A stretch of 64,000 bases of DNA from Lepidodermella squamata (taxonomy: Eukaryota; Animalia; Gastrotricha). A program made the position numbers and the translations under genes. Within the stretch, counting starts at the first letter, position 1; each line of letters begins with the position of its first letter. The stretch covers positions 3,286,001 to 3,350,000 of the forward strand of contig JBLDXI010000007.1 in the NCBI GenBank assembly GCA_047495785.1, written 5' to 3'. The notes beneath the pieces were generated by a model, which saw only the letters and a program-made list of their open reading frames with translations, searched no databases and was not told where the DNA came from. This document shows, in pieces, positions 36,605 through 48,621 of this stretch.

Positions 36605-39600
36605 GCTTATTTTTCTAAATGGTGCGAAATCATAAATTCCGTAATTTCTAGCGATACCTTGCTAGCTTACTTCTACAATGCTTGGAAAAAGAGAAGGAAT
36701 TGCCGCCAAACAAATGCGCTCAGAAGTCGTTGGCTAACACTGGCTTTCGAGAATGCATAGGAAATCTGACGGATAATGACTTTGATAATTTCTGCGTGTT
36801 CTATTTTACTGTTACGCCGATTTGCCACTATCTATTAACAGGAAATATATCAGTGCCTGAGCAAGTCGCCATTCAATTCAGGGAAATGGTTATTCGGGCG
36901 GAATCAGCCCAGAAAAAAGCAGGCGAGTATCTGGAAGAATTGCTACGCTCTTCTGTGCCATTTCGAGCTGTAGCCGCCCATTTCTTGCCGTATCAAAGTT
37001 TATCGACTGATTTTAAGGTTTGTTTCACTTTCCAGTAAACCTTTACTCAATGATTTAAGCATACATCAGCAGGACTGGGAGTTTCTGCCTTACCTTATTC
37101 TGCTGCCAATTGTCCTCTTCAAGAAGGATCGATTTAGATTTTTTTTATTATGCCTATTAACGGAAACTGCCGAATATTTGATTTTCACCAGTTGGTACGG
37201 CTGGATTGTGGTAAATTTGAAAAGCTTAACATTGATTTAACAAGCTATCAAAACGTAATCCACAGGACAAATTTTGGATTCGACAAAACGTCGTAGTTAT
37301 TTCGACCCGCGTCTATTTCCTGTTATCTTACCTTAAGGAACAGGATTTGGTCGCATTCGCATACGAAATTATTTGGCGATCGATTGCATTGTTCAGCAGT
37401 TTCAAATTCAGTGGTAGAACTGGCACGGTGCATGTCATTCGTGCTGGTGTCTCAGAAGCAAAACAAACGGATGCCAGAGCTGCGAATTCGGATTTAAGTC
37501 TCAGCAATCGCTTCGTTAGCGGAATGTCCAACGGACCACGTGCTCCATCTGAGACTGCTATGCTTACCACTCCGACGAGTCAGGCTTTTTCGCCTCCATA
37601 CGTTATTTCAAATAACGAGGTCGCAATACCTGACAAACCAGCCGTCGCTTTGCGACAACCAGTTCAAGATGCTAGAGCTGTACCGCCCATCAACGCTCCA
37701 GCACTTCAAACATGATTTTCGCCCGCATTCGGAGCATTTTCGTTTTAAAGCAAAATATGAAATTATTTTTCCGCTTGGCCCCTCTTTCCGTTGTGTATTT
37801 ACCTGGCATTAATTCTTTCCGAGTCACTTGCGAGAATGTGAAGGATTGTTTTATGTATGAGACCAAGCAGGTCGACACTTCGATCCTGCACTCTCGAGAC
37901 ACCGCCCCGCCAAAATCTAAGGCCCGCCTCGTCTTATCGGTGCCGCGCAGTATTTTAACCCAAAAACAATAATTTGTCTTTTGTCTTTTCTTCTTTTTGA
38001 ATTTTCACTGTGTACTGTATTTCTGGTTTCAAGCTAATAAAAACGATGATGTTAATTGACCGCCCTTTTGTTTGTACGGCTTGAGTGACATGTGACTACT
38101 TCCGTTATTCACCGCCGCCGCTCACACCGGCACCCAGCCGGGCTGATTACGACCGCGCGCCTTTGTCACTCACGTCGGCCGGCTACGCCAGTCAATACGA
38201 CAAAGAGTGCGCTCATTGTGAGCAACTTTTATTTGCTTTTAAACAGCTTATAGACACTGAGGTTTCTGCAAATGGTGACAACATTTTCTTGTTTTGCAAA
38301 TGTCTCTATTATTTTCTCTATTTGAATTCAGGCACGCGACGAGGTGAGTTTAAAAAGAGGGCTTACATATTTCCGAAATGTCAAGTTTAATAATCAGACC
38401 GGTTAGCACATCATTTTGTCGTTTTTATAGACGCCGCGGCTGCGAAAACTCGGTAAGTTCACTCGAGGTGCGTTGGTAATAAGTAATAAAAAGTGTAATC
38501 AATTCTAAATATCTCTTTTCAGTGCACTTTTCTCCACAACAAATCACAGACTCATACATCTCTATTTTTCTATCAAATTTTCTCTATTTATCACCCATTT
38601 CTAAATATCTACGGTGACCAGTTTTAATAACGGTTCTATTTTTCTTGTTTTTGTTGAACAGCGGGCGAAACGCGAGGTGACAATGATAGGTTAGTTTACA
38701 GGTATAAACTAACTACGCTCGTAATAACCAAACTCATTATAACTGATCGGCTATTATCTGAAATAGTTATTTCCTCGACTACTTCTTTTCATACTTATTA
38801 CTAAGCAATTTTTAACTCTATTTTTGTTCCAGGCCGGCTAGTCGCGGGCGTTGAATAATCTCTCTATTGGTTATCGGATAAAATTCGTGCTGCCGAGGCA
38901 TCTTTATCGCGCTGATGCAAGGCCTTTCGTCTTGATATAAACAAAAATCTAATATTTAGCAAGCAGCAAAGTACATCGCGTTTATTTCGAGCCCAGTTAC
39001 AAACGGCTACATATCTCTTTGATAATACGTTGAAATTGATGATAATGATGTTAATTGATGACAATGATGAAATCAGAGCTTCCTGAATGCGGGGGCGGCG
39101 GCGGCGGCGGTTGGGAACCGCCCCGGATGCGCCGGGCAAAAGCGACGACGACGACGGCCGCGGCGGCGGCGCCCAGCGTGGCGCAGCGGCCGGTGCGCCT
39201 AATCGCTGTTCAGCGCATAACGCGTTCGCTTAGTGCGCGACGTAACGCGTGTTGCTACGCGTGATTCCTTATGAAGAAAGTAACGCGTGATGAAAGGGGG
39301 TGTAACGCGTGATAAATCTAACAGTGATGAGGAATCAGTTTTCTATTCTTACGAAGTCAGCTACGGGTACGTTTCTTTATCTCCAAAAGAGATGAAATTA
39401 TTAACAAAACAAGCCATAAACAGACCATTTCTTTATTTTTGTTGAAATTATTAGTTCAACAAGAACGCATTTCTTTACTCGGATTATTGTTAAAGCTACT
39501 AACACAATCAAGTGGCGTTTCATTCATTAAACATGTTTTTTGCCCGAAATTACCAACCACTCGCCGAGTCGTTTTTGGAGCGATTTTTTCTAAGTCCTAC

Positions 39601-41466
39601 GCATCAAGACCCAGCCCAGCGACGGCAAAAAAAAAGAAAATGACCTAATTTTTCGTTAATTTTCTCCAAGTCATGCTTGATGATTCATTATACCAAGCAG
39701 CAAACCTATTAATTCATGGGCGTGCGACATTTCAGCAGTGGACAAAACCGCAGGCATTTTTTTATATTATGCGATTATGTGACAAATTATGTGACTCGTA
39801 ATTGAGAATAGTACGAGTGCGAAATAGTGCGAAATCGGTATTCGGCGACATTTTCGCTGGCGACATATCCGCAAGGGACAGACCAGCCTTATTGACAGTC
39901 GAACTGCGAGCTCACTTTTAATACAAATTCGGATCAAATTCTGATGAAAATTTCGGCTAAATGGCTTCATTGTTGCCAGCTGAAATGTCCTCGAATGAAC
40001 GAAAACCTATCCAAGAGATTAATTAATTTTAGCGTCCAAAAATAATTTCCTCCTTAACATCGTGGACTTGATTTGAGTGATTTGGAGTGATTTGACGGAG
40101 CTGAAATAACGGGGAATCAGGTGGGATTAATGCAAGCGGGTGTGGCATCTCTTGCTGTGGCCCTAACGTTTTTACGCCTGCTGGGGCTCGTTGAGTTCAG
40201 AGATTCCGAGGGTACAGAAGAGCTACTGCTGACCGTTAACGATTCTAATGATCGGAATCAGATGAAACGATGCTCGTTCATGTAAGTGGAAACTCATAGT
40301 TCATTTGTGTGTCTCTATATTTGCCTTGACAGGGTCTGTGAAGAAAGTTCGAGAAAGCATTCGGTTCGAGATTCGAATTTTGGGGGCGGATTGTTCGGAC
40401 CTTTAGCCCCAGCCCATTGCTTATTATCATGGTAAGTATTACGCTTTATCGTGTTATTTTCGTTGACTTGGTATTTTTTACACAGATGCTTCGAATTATG
40501 ATAACTTTTCGAGCCGCCGAGGATGCGTCGTTTCGGGTTTGTGATGGAAACTACGAGATTGCACTAGTCGCGACAAGTGGAGCAGCCAAGAGCAATCGGG
40601 TAACCCGTTTCTAGATTTGTATCGTGATGCCAATAATATAGAGAAGAAGGCAACGGCGAGAAAGGTGGTCAAAGCAGCGACAAAGACGGTGAAGATTTGG
40701 CAAATATGAATGTTTTTAGTTTTTAGTGATATTACCCTCTATCTATTTCTTTGCTGAGTAATGCAGCGTGATTTTTATTATGATTTCTCAATACCTACTT
40801 ACACACTTTTTTTCGCTCTATCGATGATGCGCCTTCTACCTTTCACCTATGGCTAATTATGCGCCAACTCTGAATTTTCGCTAACTATTTCATAATCGCA
40901 TTTGACTTTGTTCATTTTTGATGTAATAAATAGTGAAAACTACAAGAAAAACGTTTCTAAAATGGTTACATCGCCGTCGCTTCGCGGTTAGTAGTAAGTG
41001 AGTAGTTAGTGACGTGGTAGTTCGGCTAACGTACGACCCATAACGGTGAGCTAACACAGGCCCCGTATTCGTTATTTCGATAATAGCTCACGGTGAGATG
41101 ACCGGCGTTCGACTGGGTGATTTCGAGACTATCGTTACTTCCGAATCTGCATGCCAGGGCTGCATGGCACGCGAAATGTGAAATAGACTTCCTCATGAGA
41201 AACATCCGATCAGTTAACCGATCGTGAATAGATTTCACTTCTGCTGTCTTAATTGAGCGTGTTCGCTGATTTTAAAATCAGACTCACTTCCGATGGCGTG
41301 GCTACTAGACTGGTGAACTTCCCGTAAGCGTGAGATATATATCCGCTTAGTGCCCTGATCGTTAATAATCCACACGATTATAGAAAGCTTCCGGCTTCCA
41401 ATCAGACTTTTCATGCAACACGCAATGTCTGAAATATGCATTCAACTATTTTTTCATTGCAGAAAG

Positions 41467-43911
41467 ATGTTACTTTATTCCTCAACATTGGTAACCTTGG
41501 CTTGTTTAGCCATTGTCACTATGGCTCAAGTGAGAAAGCCCTACAACATGACTGTGTTGGATTTAATCGCTTTCACTGGAAACTTTCCTTTTAATGGCGA
41601 GGCCTGTAAAGTCGCGTCTCAAATCGCAGTCGATGCAGCAAATTCCCAGGAAAATTTTCTGCCTGACTACCGAATCAACATCCAATTTGAAGACGAAATG
41701 GGCGGTCCAGCTGCTGCAAGGGCAACGATAGCATTTTCGCGAAGTTTTGAAGACAACGGCAGGTCGTGGGAGTATCAGTCTCCTGTCATAGTTGGACCCA
41801 TGTATTCGAATGCGTGTAAATCAATGGCCCCCGCTTTGCCTCATCTGTACTCAGCAGCCATCTCGATATCTTGCGCCGCCCCGTTTCTAACCGACCGAAC
41901 TATTTACCCGAATCTTTACCTAATGCGATCAACAGGTGGCGTGCTGACCTTTGCCCAAATGCAGTTCTTCAAGAAGGCTGGAAACTGGCAGCGTATTGGC
42001 ATCATCACTAATGCTGGGAGTGTTTTCGACTACGCCTCTGCCGCTGTGCTACAACGCTTGGCCCTGGACTATGCAAACGTGGCTGTTCCATACTTCGACA
42101 TTGTCTTGGAAATGGATAATGAGTACATAATTCTTCTAAAGCAAAGCGACGTAAGAATTATCGTCGTTTTCACATCGGTTGGTAGGCTTGTTTGGAGATT
42201 CTTATGTCAAGCTCACAGATTCGGGATAACTGGCTCGAGATACATATTCATCCTTCTCGGCATCGCTTACAGTGATCCTATGGAACTAAATGATCATGTG
42301 GTTCCAGGTTGTGCTCGAGCTACCGTCATCGAACAAATGAAGGTACCAATTTTACTTACCATTAAACCAACTCGACTTTGTCTTTTCTTATTTCAGTTCT
42401 CTTATTGGACCGCCCCTGTGATGTACACAGCTGAGCCAACCGTGAAATCGCATCTCAACTACAACCTGATTGAATTCGAAGAAATGTTTCTCCAGCGGAC
42501 TAATGGAGCGAAACCTTACGACTACGAACAGCGTGTATTGTGTCACGATACGATGATGCAGGGTCTCATAACCCTCGATATCGTGGAGAAGCGGCTGAAA
42601 GCTCAGAATATGTCTCTTCGGAACTTGAGGGATCATCCTAGACTAATCAGTCGCATTGTCAATGAATCAGCGATTTCTGTTGATTACATGGGGCTCAGGA
42701 TGGGTAGAATGCGCTATAACAGTCGAGGCGAGGTTGGTGCTGATGTTCAAATGATTGGCTACTGGACCCCAGAGCGAAGGCTTGAGTACATCTACACAGT
42801 CCATCAGTTTCTCAACTCGTCAGGTTACACCTATGACAGCTATTGGATGCGGAAGATTCGAGAGCCAGTTTGGATGACTTCGAATAGAAAGCCACCACGG
42901 GATAAAATTTTGGTTCAGCAAGTGTTCAATGAGGTTCCGGAGGCAGTTTTCTATGTTGTAGTTGTCATAGTCTCTATCTCGTCACTGATTCAAATCCTGA
43001 CCCTCGTAAAGCTCTTATTCTCACGAGGCAAGGAATCTGTTCAGAAAGGTCTAGTCCGTGTTAAGACTTTGGGCTTCCTCGGATCTTTAATAACAACTGC
43101 TGCGGCAGTAGTTTACTCCATGCAAACCGATAAGAATCCGCACCAACTTTGGATGTTGAGGATAGTCCTTCTATCTGTTGGTCTAGCCCTAACTCATGGA
43201 GCTATTTCACTCCGTGCTATCATTTTCTCATTCAAAGTCTTCAAATTCCAAGCGCCAAGCCACGTTTCGATTGCTAAGCCTAATAATAGAATTTCCGGAG
43301 CTCATAACCTTTCGAAAGGTGGAGCACAAAGTGAATCTGATTTGCCGAATATGGCTCAGTCACGACCTTCAAGCCAGTCCTTACATCACGATACTAGGCA
43401 ATCATCAGTCAATCGTGTCTTTCTCAAGATGGAGAATATTCTGTCAATCGATGAGCTGTGCTCTCTATGGATTCTGTTTTTCGGATTCGCAAATGGGGCT
43501 TTAGTTGGTTTCTGGTTGAATGGCGATCCCTTACAGTGCTATGTTGGTAAAATGCCCCCACGCCTGATAGAATCCGAGGATAAGGTCATTGAAACTTTGT
43601 ACACAACTTGCCAATCGGCTAAGAATCACACCTCATGGATTCTGGCTCTAATGGGCATTAACATTGCGATTCTAGTGGCTGGAGCTCTTGCTGCGTTCAA
43701 ACTGCGCATTGCCAATGGCGCTAAGATTGTTCCGGAGTTTCAGTTTGTAACTATGGGCATAATCAACGCGGCGACCATCTACCTAGGCTCGCTTTTGATT
43801 GCTGTAGTCTTGCGAGATGTTGTCAGCCAAACTATCGCAATTGCATTCACTTCATTGATTCTGTCGGCTACGTCAGCCGCGACGTGGGCGTATCCCCTGT
43901 ATCGTTCGTGA
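41467..43911 (+). CDS. Second GABA-B-like class C GPCR, one in-frame 54-nt intron (42343-42396)
   Basis: Signal peptide from ATG 41467. Paralog of 3891-6224 (EAC.ASQIA..AAN...LP.Y, VGP..S..C, LCHD, W.....PPRD); 7TM. Removing the GT-AG intron restores alignment (EQMK|FSYW vs EQYKLTFW). Confidence 0.85.
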   Translation: MLLYSSTLVTLACLAIVTMAQVRKPYNMTVLDLIAFTGNFPFNGEACKVASQIAVDAANSQENFLPDYRINIQFEDEMGGPAAARATIAFSRSFEDNGRSWEYQSPVIVGPMYSNACKSMAPALPHLYSAAISISCAAPFLTDRTIYPNLYLMRSTGGVLTFAQMQFFKKAGNWQRIGIITNAGSVFDYASAAVLQRLALDYANVAVPYFDIVLEMDNEYIILLKQSDVRIIVVFTSVGRLVWRFLCQAHRFGITGSRYIFILLGIAYSDPMELNDHVVPGCARATVIEQMKVPILLTIKPTRLCLFLFQFSYWTAPVMYTAEPTVKSHLNYNLIEFEEMFLQRTNGAKPYDYEQRVLCHDTMMQGLITLDIVEKRLKAQNMSLRNLRDHPRLISRIVNESAISVDYMGLRMGRMRYNSRGEVGADVQMIGYWTPERRLEYIYTVHQFLNSSGYTYDSYWMRKIREPVWMTSNRKPPRDKILVQQVFNEVPEAVFYVVVVIVSISSLIQILTLVKLLFSRGKESVQKGLVRVKTLGFLGSLITTAAAVVYSMQTDKNPHQLWMLRIVLLSVGLALTHGAISLRAIIFSFKVFKFQAPSHVSIAKPNNRISGAHNLSKGGAQSESDLPNMAQSRPSSQSLHHDTRQSSVNRVFLKMENILSIDELCSLWILFFGFANGALVGFWLNGDPLQCYVGKMPPRLIESEDKVIETLYTTCQSAKNHTSWILALMGINIAILVAGALAAFKLRIANGAKIVPEFQFVTMGIINAATIYLGSLLIAVVLRDVVSQTIAIAFTSLILSATSAATWAYPLYRS

Positions 43912-45434
43912 TTGTTTTACCTTACTTACCTTACATATAGTCGAAGTGTCCAACTTATTTGGTTGAAAATACAAAAATTGTTGCTCGAATTTTTAATAAC
44001 ATTTTAGCGGTGAAACAAAAATCGGCATTGTCACGGTTGCATAATCGAGCGATTAGGCTCAGTTACTGGTTATTGCAGTTTTTGGCTTTTCATCCTGCGT
44101 TGAAGCTGTTTGTGCTCCTGCCAGCGATTTCAGGCAAGTTGATGACTGTTTGCTTTGTATTCGACATTATTAAGCAGTAAAAACGCTGGCAGGAAATTAC
44201 AGGCTGTAACCTTGGCGAGCTCGCAGCTACTTTCGAATTTGATTGTCTGTCTGAATGACCTGTTTTTAAATGAACGGTTTCGCATTTCGCAACTCAGACT
44301 TCTCACTTCTCAGACATTTCTTCCCAGGAATTGCTGGCGGGAAATCTGATAAGCAGAAGTCTCCAGGGTGCATCTGTTATGCATTTTTTGGTTGAAATCG
44401 TAGTTCACACTAGCTTGGCATATCGAGATTTTATTTTTTTATTTTTTTTTCAGCCATACGCCTCGCAGCGCTTCTTCTATGCTGCTCGTAAACATCGTGG
44501 TCTTGGCCTTCCGAAAGCTACTTGGGAAGCCATACAATTAAAATATACATCGCTATACAAAATATATACAATTAGTTATTTGCGGTAGAAAAAATATTTG
44601 ACGGCAGTTTTAGGGGTTTTCGCAGGCCCTGATCGCACGATTTTAAAATCCGTTTGTCTTTATCTATCACCGTTAAGGCTGTACGAAAACTAGCCGAAAT
44701 CGTCCTATCCGCCCAGCTGATTTCAGGCGATTTTTCGAGCACCCTAATTTCTGTGTCAGGTGCCTTCAGTTTTGGAATTTTCGATTCTTAATTACTCCCA
44801 TGAATGTCCATAAGATCCTCCCTCACTTAATTCACCGAAAAATTCAGTTTGAAAGAGTTTCATAGGTTCAGCATTCAGATCTGAATTCAGCTTTGCCAGT
44901 TTTTGCTCGCGACAGTTTTTGCAGCACATAAATCACGCACTCCGCCTGTATAAGTCCTGGCGGATAGGACGAATTCGGCCGGTTTGATTGAAGTTCAACA
45001 GAAGTTCGTCATTTTTTATTTTAAAGTCGACAAAATTTACACAGAGGTTAATGAGACTATGGCGGACACGGTGGTACTTTATGTTTGATCAAAAAATGAT
45101 CAGAAACCTATGGAATTTCAAGTTGAAAATAAATCGAAATTTCAATCTCAGGTTGACTATTTTCAAATTGCCTGACCATGCAAGAAAACGGTGTCCTGGT
45201 ATCAAAACCTTGTAGGCAACATCGAAGATCAATATTCCTCAAAACTCAAAAGGGCGATCACGAATTCATCAAATTCAATTTTCTGCGATTTTTAAAAGTC
45301 GAAATTCCGAAATCGTCCTTCCCGCCGTGAAAGAGTTAAGAGAAAGTCCAATTTAAATAATAGATCTTGAGAGTTAGTAGCTGGAGATAAAGTTATTTGA
45401 AGTCTAGGTTATTTATGTGGATAGGAAAACCAAC

Positions 45435-45931
45435 CTGTAGCCGAAGTCATCGTTACATTACAATTTTCAGTCTGTGTCAAAGTTGGATCAATGTAACAGT
45501 AAGGTCCTGTTGATCGCGATTCCGGATTGCGGCAGTAGTTTCGAGACTCGCTAACCATGCCTCGGGGGAACAGGAAGTGTTTGTACAGATTGGTTGTAAA
45601 ATCTGATGATGTATTGGCCACGCTTGACATGTTTTGCCAGAAAGAGTCTTTGATACCGTGCCCTCGTAGTCGCAGCCACTCGAAGTCAACCGAAGTTCAG
45701 CCTTGTTATCGTTCGGGCAGTTGGATCGAGCGATCAACCTGAAACCCTTGCCTGGATTATTCGAAGTGGCCCTGATGTGCATGACCGCAACACTGCTGTT
45801 CGTTTCGTAGATTTTGCCAGAATTAACACCGTAGGAGCAAAAGCGAGGGTAAGTCAACGTGCCGTCTGTGGCATCCTTGAACTCGACGTAATCAGCGCAG
45901 TTGTCGTTGTAGAGTTGGAAGCCGTCAATCG
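45435..45931 (-). pseudogene. Isolated exon: C-terminal half of a CUB domain plus a kringle domain, 1-nt frameshift near 45618
   Basis: CUB-like DYVEFKD..RFC..GKGFRL. Kringle CDYEGTVSKTLSGKTCQAW / NYCRNP..GPYCY..C. Flanked by an AG acceptor and a GT donor. Confidence 0.75.
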
Positions 45932-46325
45932 CTGGCAAAAGAGTAAACAGCTAGCTATCAATAGCGATCTTAGTAATAGCCAGTCCTCCGATTATTTTCG
46001 TGACTCGACAGTGTCTGCCACTGGAAAAAAATGCGAAAAAGTGTACGCCAATTTGAAATTTTTGATTTTTCTTTCGTTTTTTTTCGCTAAGCTGCTGTAG
46101 ATTGGTTCGAAGTTCGCAAAATTCGCGAAACTAGTTAATCGCGATTTAAAATCACAGATGATATTTCCTGAAGCTTAAAGCCTGAAGCTTTCAATGCTGT
46201 TCTAGGGAGTAAGGAGTAAGGTCTTTTATATTGCCTTTTATAAAATCAGGGAAACAAACGAATATGACTGGAATGCGAGCGAAGCGAGCCGATTTTTCGG
46301 CGATTCGCCTCTGAAAATGGTTTTA

Positions 46326-46454
46326 GTTGTAGTCGTAGGCTTAGTTGTGGTTATTGTTGTAGTACTAGTTGATGGGGCTGTAGTCGAAGTCGACGGTGCC
46401 TTGGAAGTCGTCTCGGCTGTTGTTGTGGTAGTCATAGGATTTGTAGTAGTTGTT
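46326..46454 (-). pseudogene. Orphan mucin-stalk fragment of a stalked-channel paralog
   Basis: Near-identical to the copy B stalk at 20196-20324. Confidence 0.85.
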
Positions 46455-46622
46455 ATCGCAAGGTAGTCGAACAAGTGCCTGCGTGCCATGCTTAACGTAC
46501 GCCTCGCTGACCGTGTTCGTATAACCGAACTCGAGCGGCGCTGTCGCCTGCCTAGCCTTTCCGAGTTTTTCTCCCAAGTTCAAGTCCGCTACGCCGATAA
46601 TGATTGCAGACATGTCCTGCTA

Positions 46623-48621
46623 CAGTGCTCCCTCGTTAGTGGCACCCTCTTTAAAAGAACTCCCTCGTTTGTAGACCGTAATTTTGGACCCTGCTAAATA
46701 AATTAGTTGTAAATTTTTAATTTAACAAATAATACTTTTTTGATAGATTAAACAAATTAAGCGTGAAAAATTAAAATAATAAAGCGTTCCTAGAAACCTA
46801 GCGGGGCGTTGTCGTGGTTTTGAGAGATCCAGTTATTTCATGTTTAGTTCAAACGAGTTGAAAGATCATCAGTGCATTAAGCTGTTCTTGTGGCTTTGAA
46901 ATGGCTGTGATTATGCAACAGAGTGTGTGGATTAACTGCCACTGCGAGTCGGTAGATGGTGACATGCGCCCAGAATTTTGCGCCCAGCGTGTTTGCGCCC
47001 ACAAAAATGCGCCCTGACTTTTGCGCCCTGACTACTGCGCCCATAAATTTACGCCTTGACATTTGCGCCCCGACTTTTGCGCCCAGTGTTCTTTCCGCTT
47101 TGCCAATGGCAACTGTTTCATGATGCTCATATCTTCGAGATGTTAGTTAATTTCAAGTTACCGAGGAGGATACAATTTTCCCGGATTCGATTCCATTATT
47201 CACTGCTGATTTTTTGGAATCGAACCCTCGACAAAATCAGCAATTCATTTGAATAACTATAAAAATGCCCGTCAATGTTTCATCTGCTGATTTGCAGATT
47301 TTTCCTCAGGTCAATTGCTGATCAACTATGTAAAAGACTCATCTGAATTGCCCTGATTTTTTATTTTTTAGCGTTTTCCCGGCCTGAAAATCTCTTGAAA
47401 TTGACCAGCATTATTAGCATGATCAAATTAGGATATAAATCGTGTTCTATTAAGGAAACTGTAACTTCAGTTTTTCCCAATTTTGTTCCCGGCTGTGTTG
47501 CGTAATCATGAAGAATCGCGTCCTTGTTTTAAGATTTATTTTAATTTCGATACATGGATTTATTCTCATGAAATTAGTCCGATTTTATTCGTTCTAGTTG
47601 TCCTGAGTTATTGGAATTATTAGCCGATTTTCGATAGTCGATAGGCCTGATCTAACATGAAACTGGCTGCCACTACGATTTCATTGCTCAACGCTTTGGC
47701 AATTTTACGGGTTTTTTCACAACTTTTAATCATTCGATTTTGACTTTGAAAATCGCAACATCCCGAGGAGGGGCGGCGGGAGCTTCTGCCCGATTATTTA
47801 CCTTGCCCTGATCTTAATAGGCCAACCTTAATCTGAACCACACGTCTTATGCCTTGAAATGGGTCCGTGATTGCTCAATGCCAAATATTCGATGAATTTA
47901 AAAAAGTAAAAGCCAGGTTAACCGCGAAAAAATTATCGAAAATACATTTTCCATCCTAATTGTTTCACATTTCCACTGTGCCTATAGCGCCGCCCGGCGG
48001 AGGGCCTATTATAAATAAAACTAACACATGCTAATTGTTTCAAATTTCATATTATTTTTCAAATAATTCTGCGAATTTTAGGCGAAGCATGAGTTCGGAA
48101 TTGAACACTGCATTATCTTGAGAATGTTTGGCTGAATTTGCTGGTGATTTATTCAGAAGTATTCTGGTCAATCTTGCCCGAGGTGATTTATTTTTTAAGC
48201 TGTGATTTTCAAATGAAATTTGTTTGCGGGATCGGACGAGCTGAGCATTTTTGAAGTAAATTGAAATAATGAGATTCCAGGTTTTTTTTCGTTAAGTTAT
48301 CCCCAGGCAAAGACTTAAAACCAGAGTAAACAAGGCCAAACAGTCAAATCAAAACCGCCCTGGCAAATAAGAATAAAAGCTTGGCGAGGAACTTCTGATT
48401 CATAGTGTTGTTGTTTCACAGGCTTCAGCGAGCGAAATTTGTAATGACACGTAATCCGTAATCCGTGTCCGTCTCTTTCTGCGCGTTGGCATGGCAACTG
48501 TCTTAAGACGTAGAAACGGTCTATTTTCCTCCTGCATTCATTTACAGCCCTCGTTATAGCTTTCCCTTGTTTAAAGACCGGGTCTGGCTCCCGAACCAGT
48601 GCTTTTATCGAGGGAGCACTG
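46623..48621. mobile_element. Non-autonomous Tc1/mariner-type element (same family as 14758 and 54375)
   Basis: TA-CAGTGCTCCCTCG...CGAGGGAGCACTG-TA. Reverse-orientation near-copy of 54375-56160. Confidence 0.88.
46955..47090. repeat. Spaced TGCGCCC motif array inserted in the DNA element
   Basis: About 9 copies of (T)TGCGCCC at ~15-nt spacing. Absent from the sister elements. Confidence 0.7.

Larger units (their letters stand above)
32257..39326 (+). mobile_element. EnSpm/CACTA-like (CMC) DNA transposon, 7.07 kb
   Basis: Perfect 24-bp TIRs CACTGTTAGATTTATCACGCGTTA. 2-bp target duplication AT on both sides. Subterminal TAACGCGT repeats and internal transposase remnants. Confidence 0.88.

Noticed and set aside
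39055-39300. GC-rich ORF with Gly/Thr/Ala runs
   Set aside because: It is the subterminal region of the EnSpm-like element and mirrors the GC-rich left end.
40180-40710. Possible minus-strand type II membrane protein remnant (hydrophobic stretch near 40620-40700)
   Set aside because: Multiple stops and no identifiable family.
41413-41466. Upstream ATG of the second GPCR ORF
   Set aside because: The segment ends in a splice-acceptor-like TTTTTTCATTGCAG, and the signal peptide starts at ATG 41467.
44600-45340. Possible TTAA-ended transposon (AAAGAGTTAA near 45335)
   Set aside because: No matching opposite terminus found.
46955-47090. CRISPR-like spaced repeat
   Set aside because: The repeat is only 7 bp with ~8-nt spacers, in a eukaryotic context with no cas genes; typical of transposon subterminal motifs.
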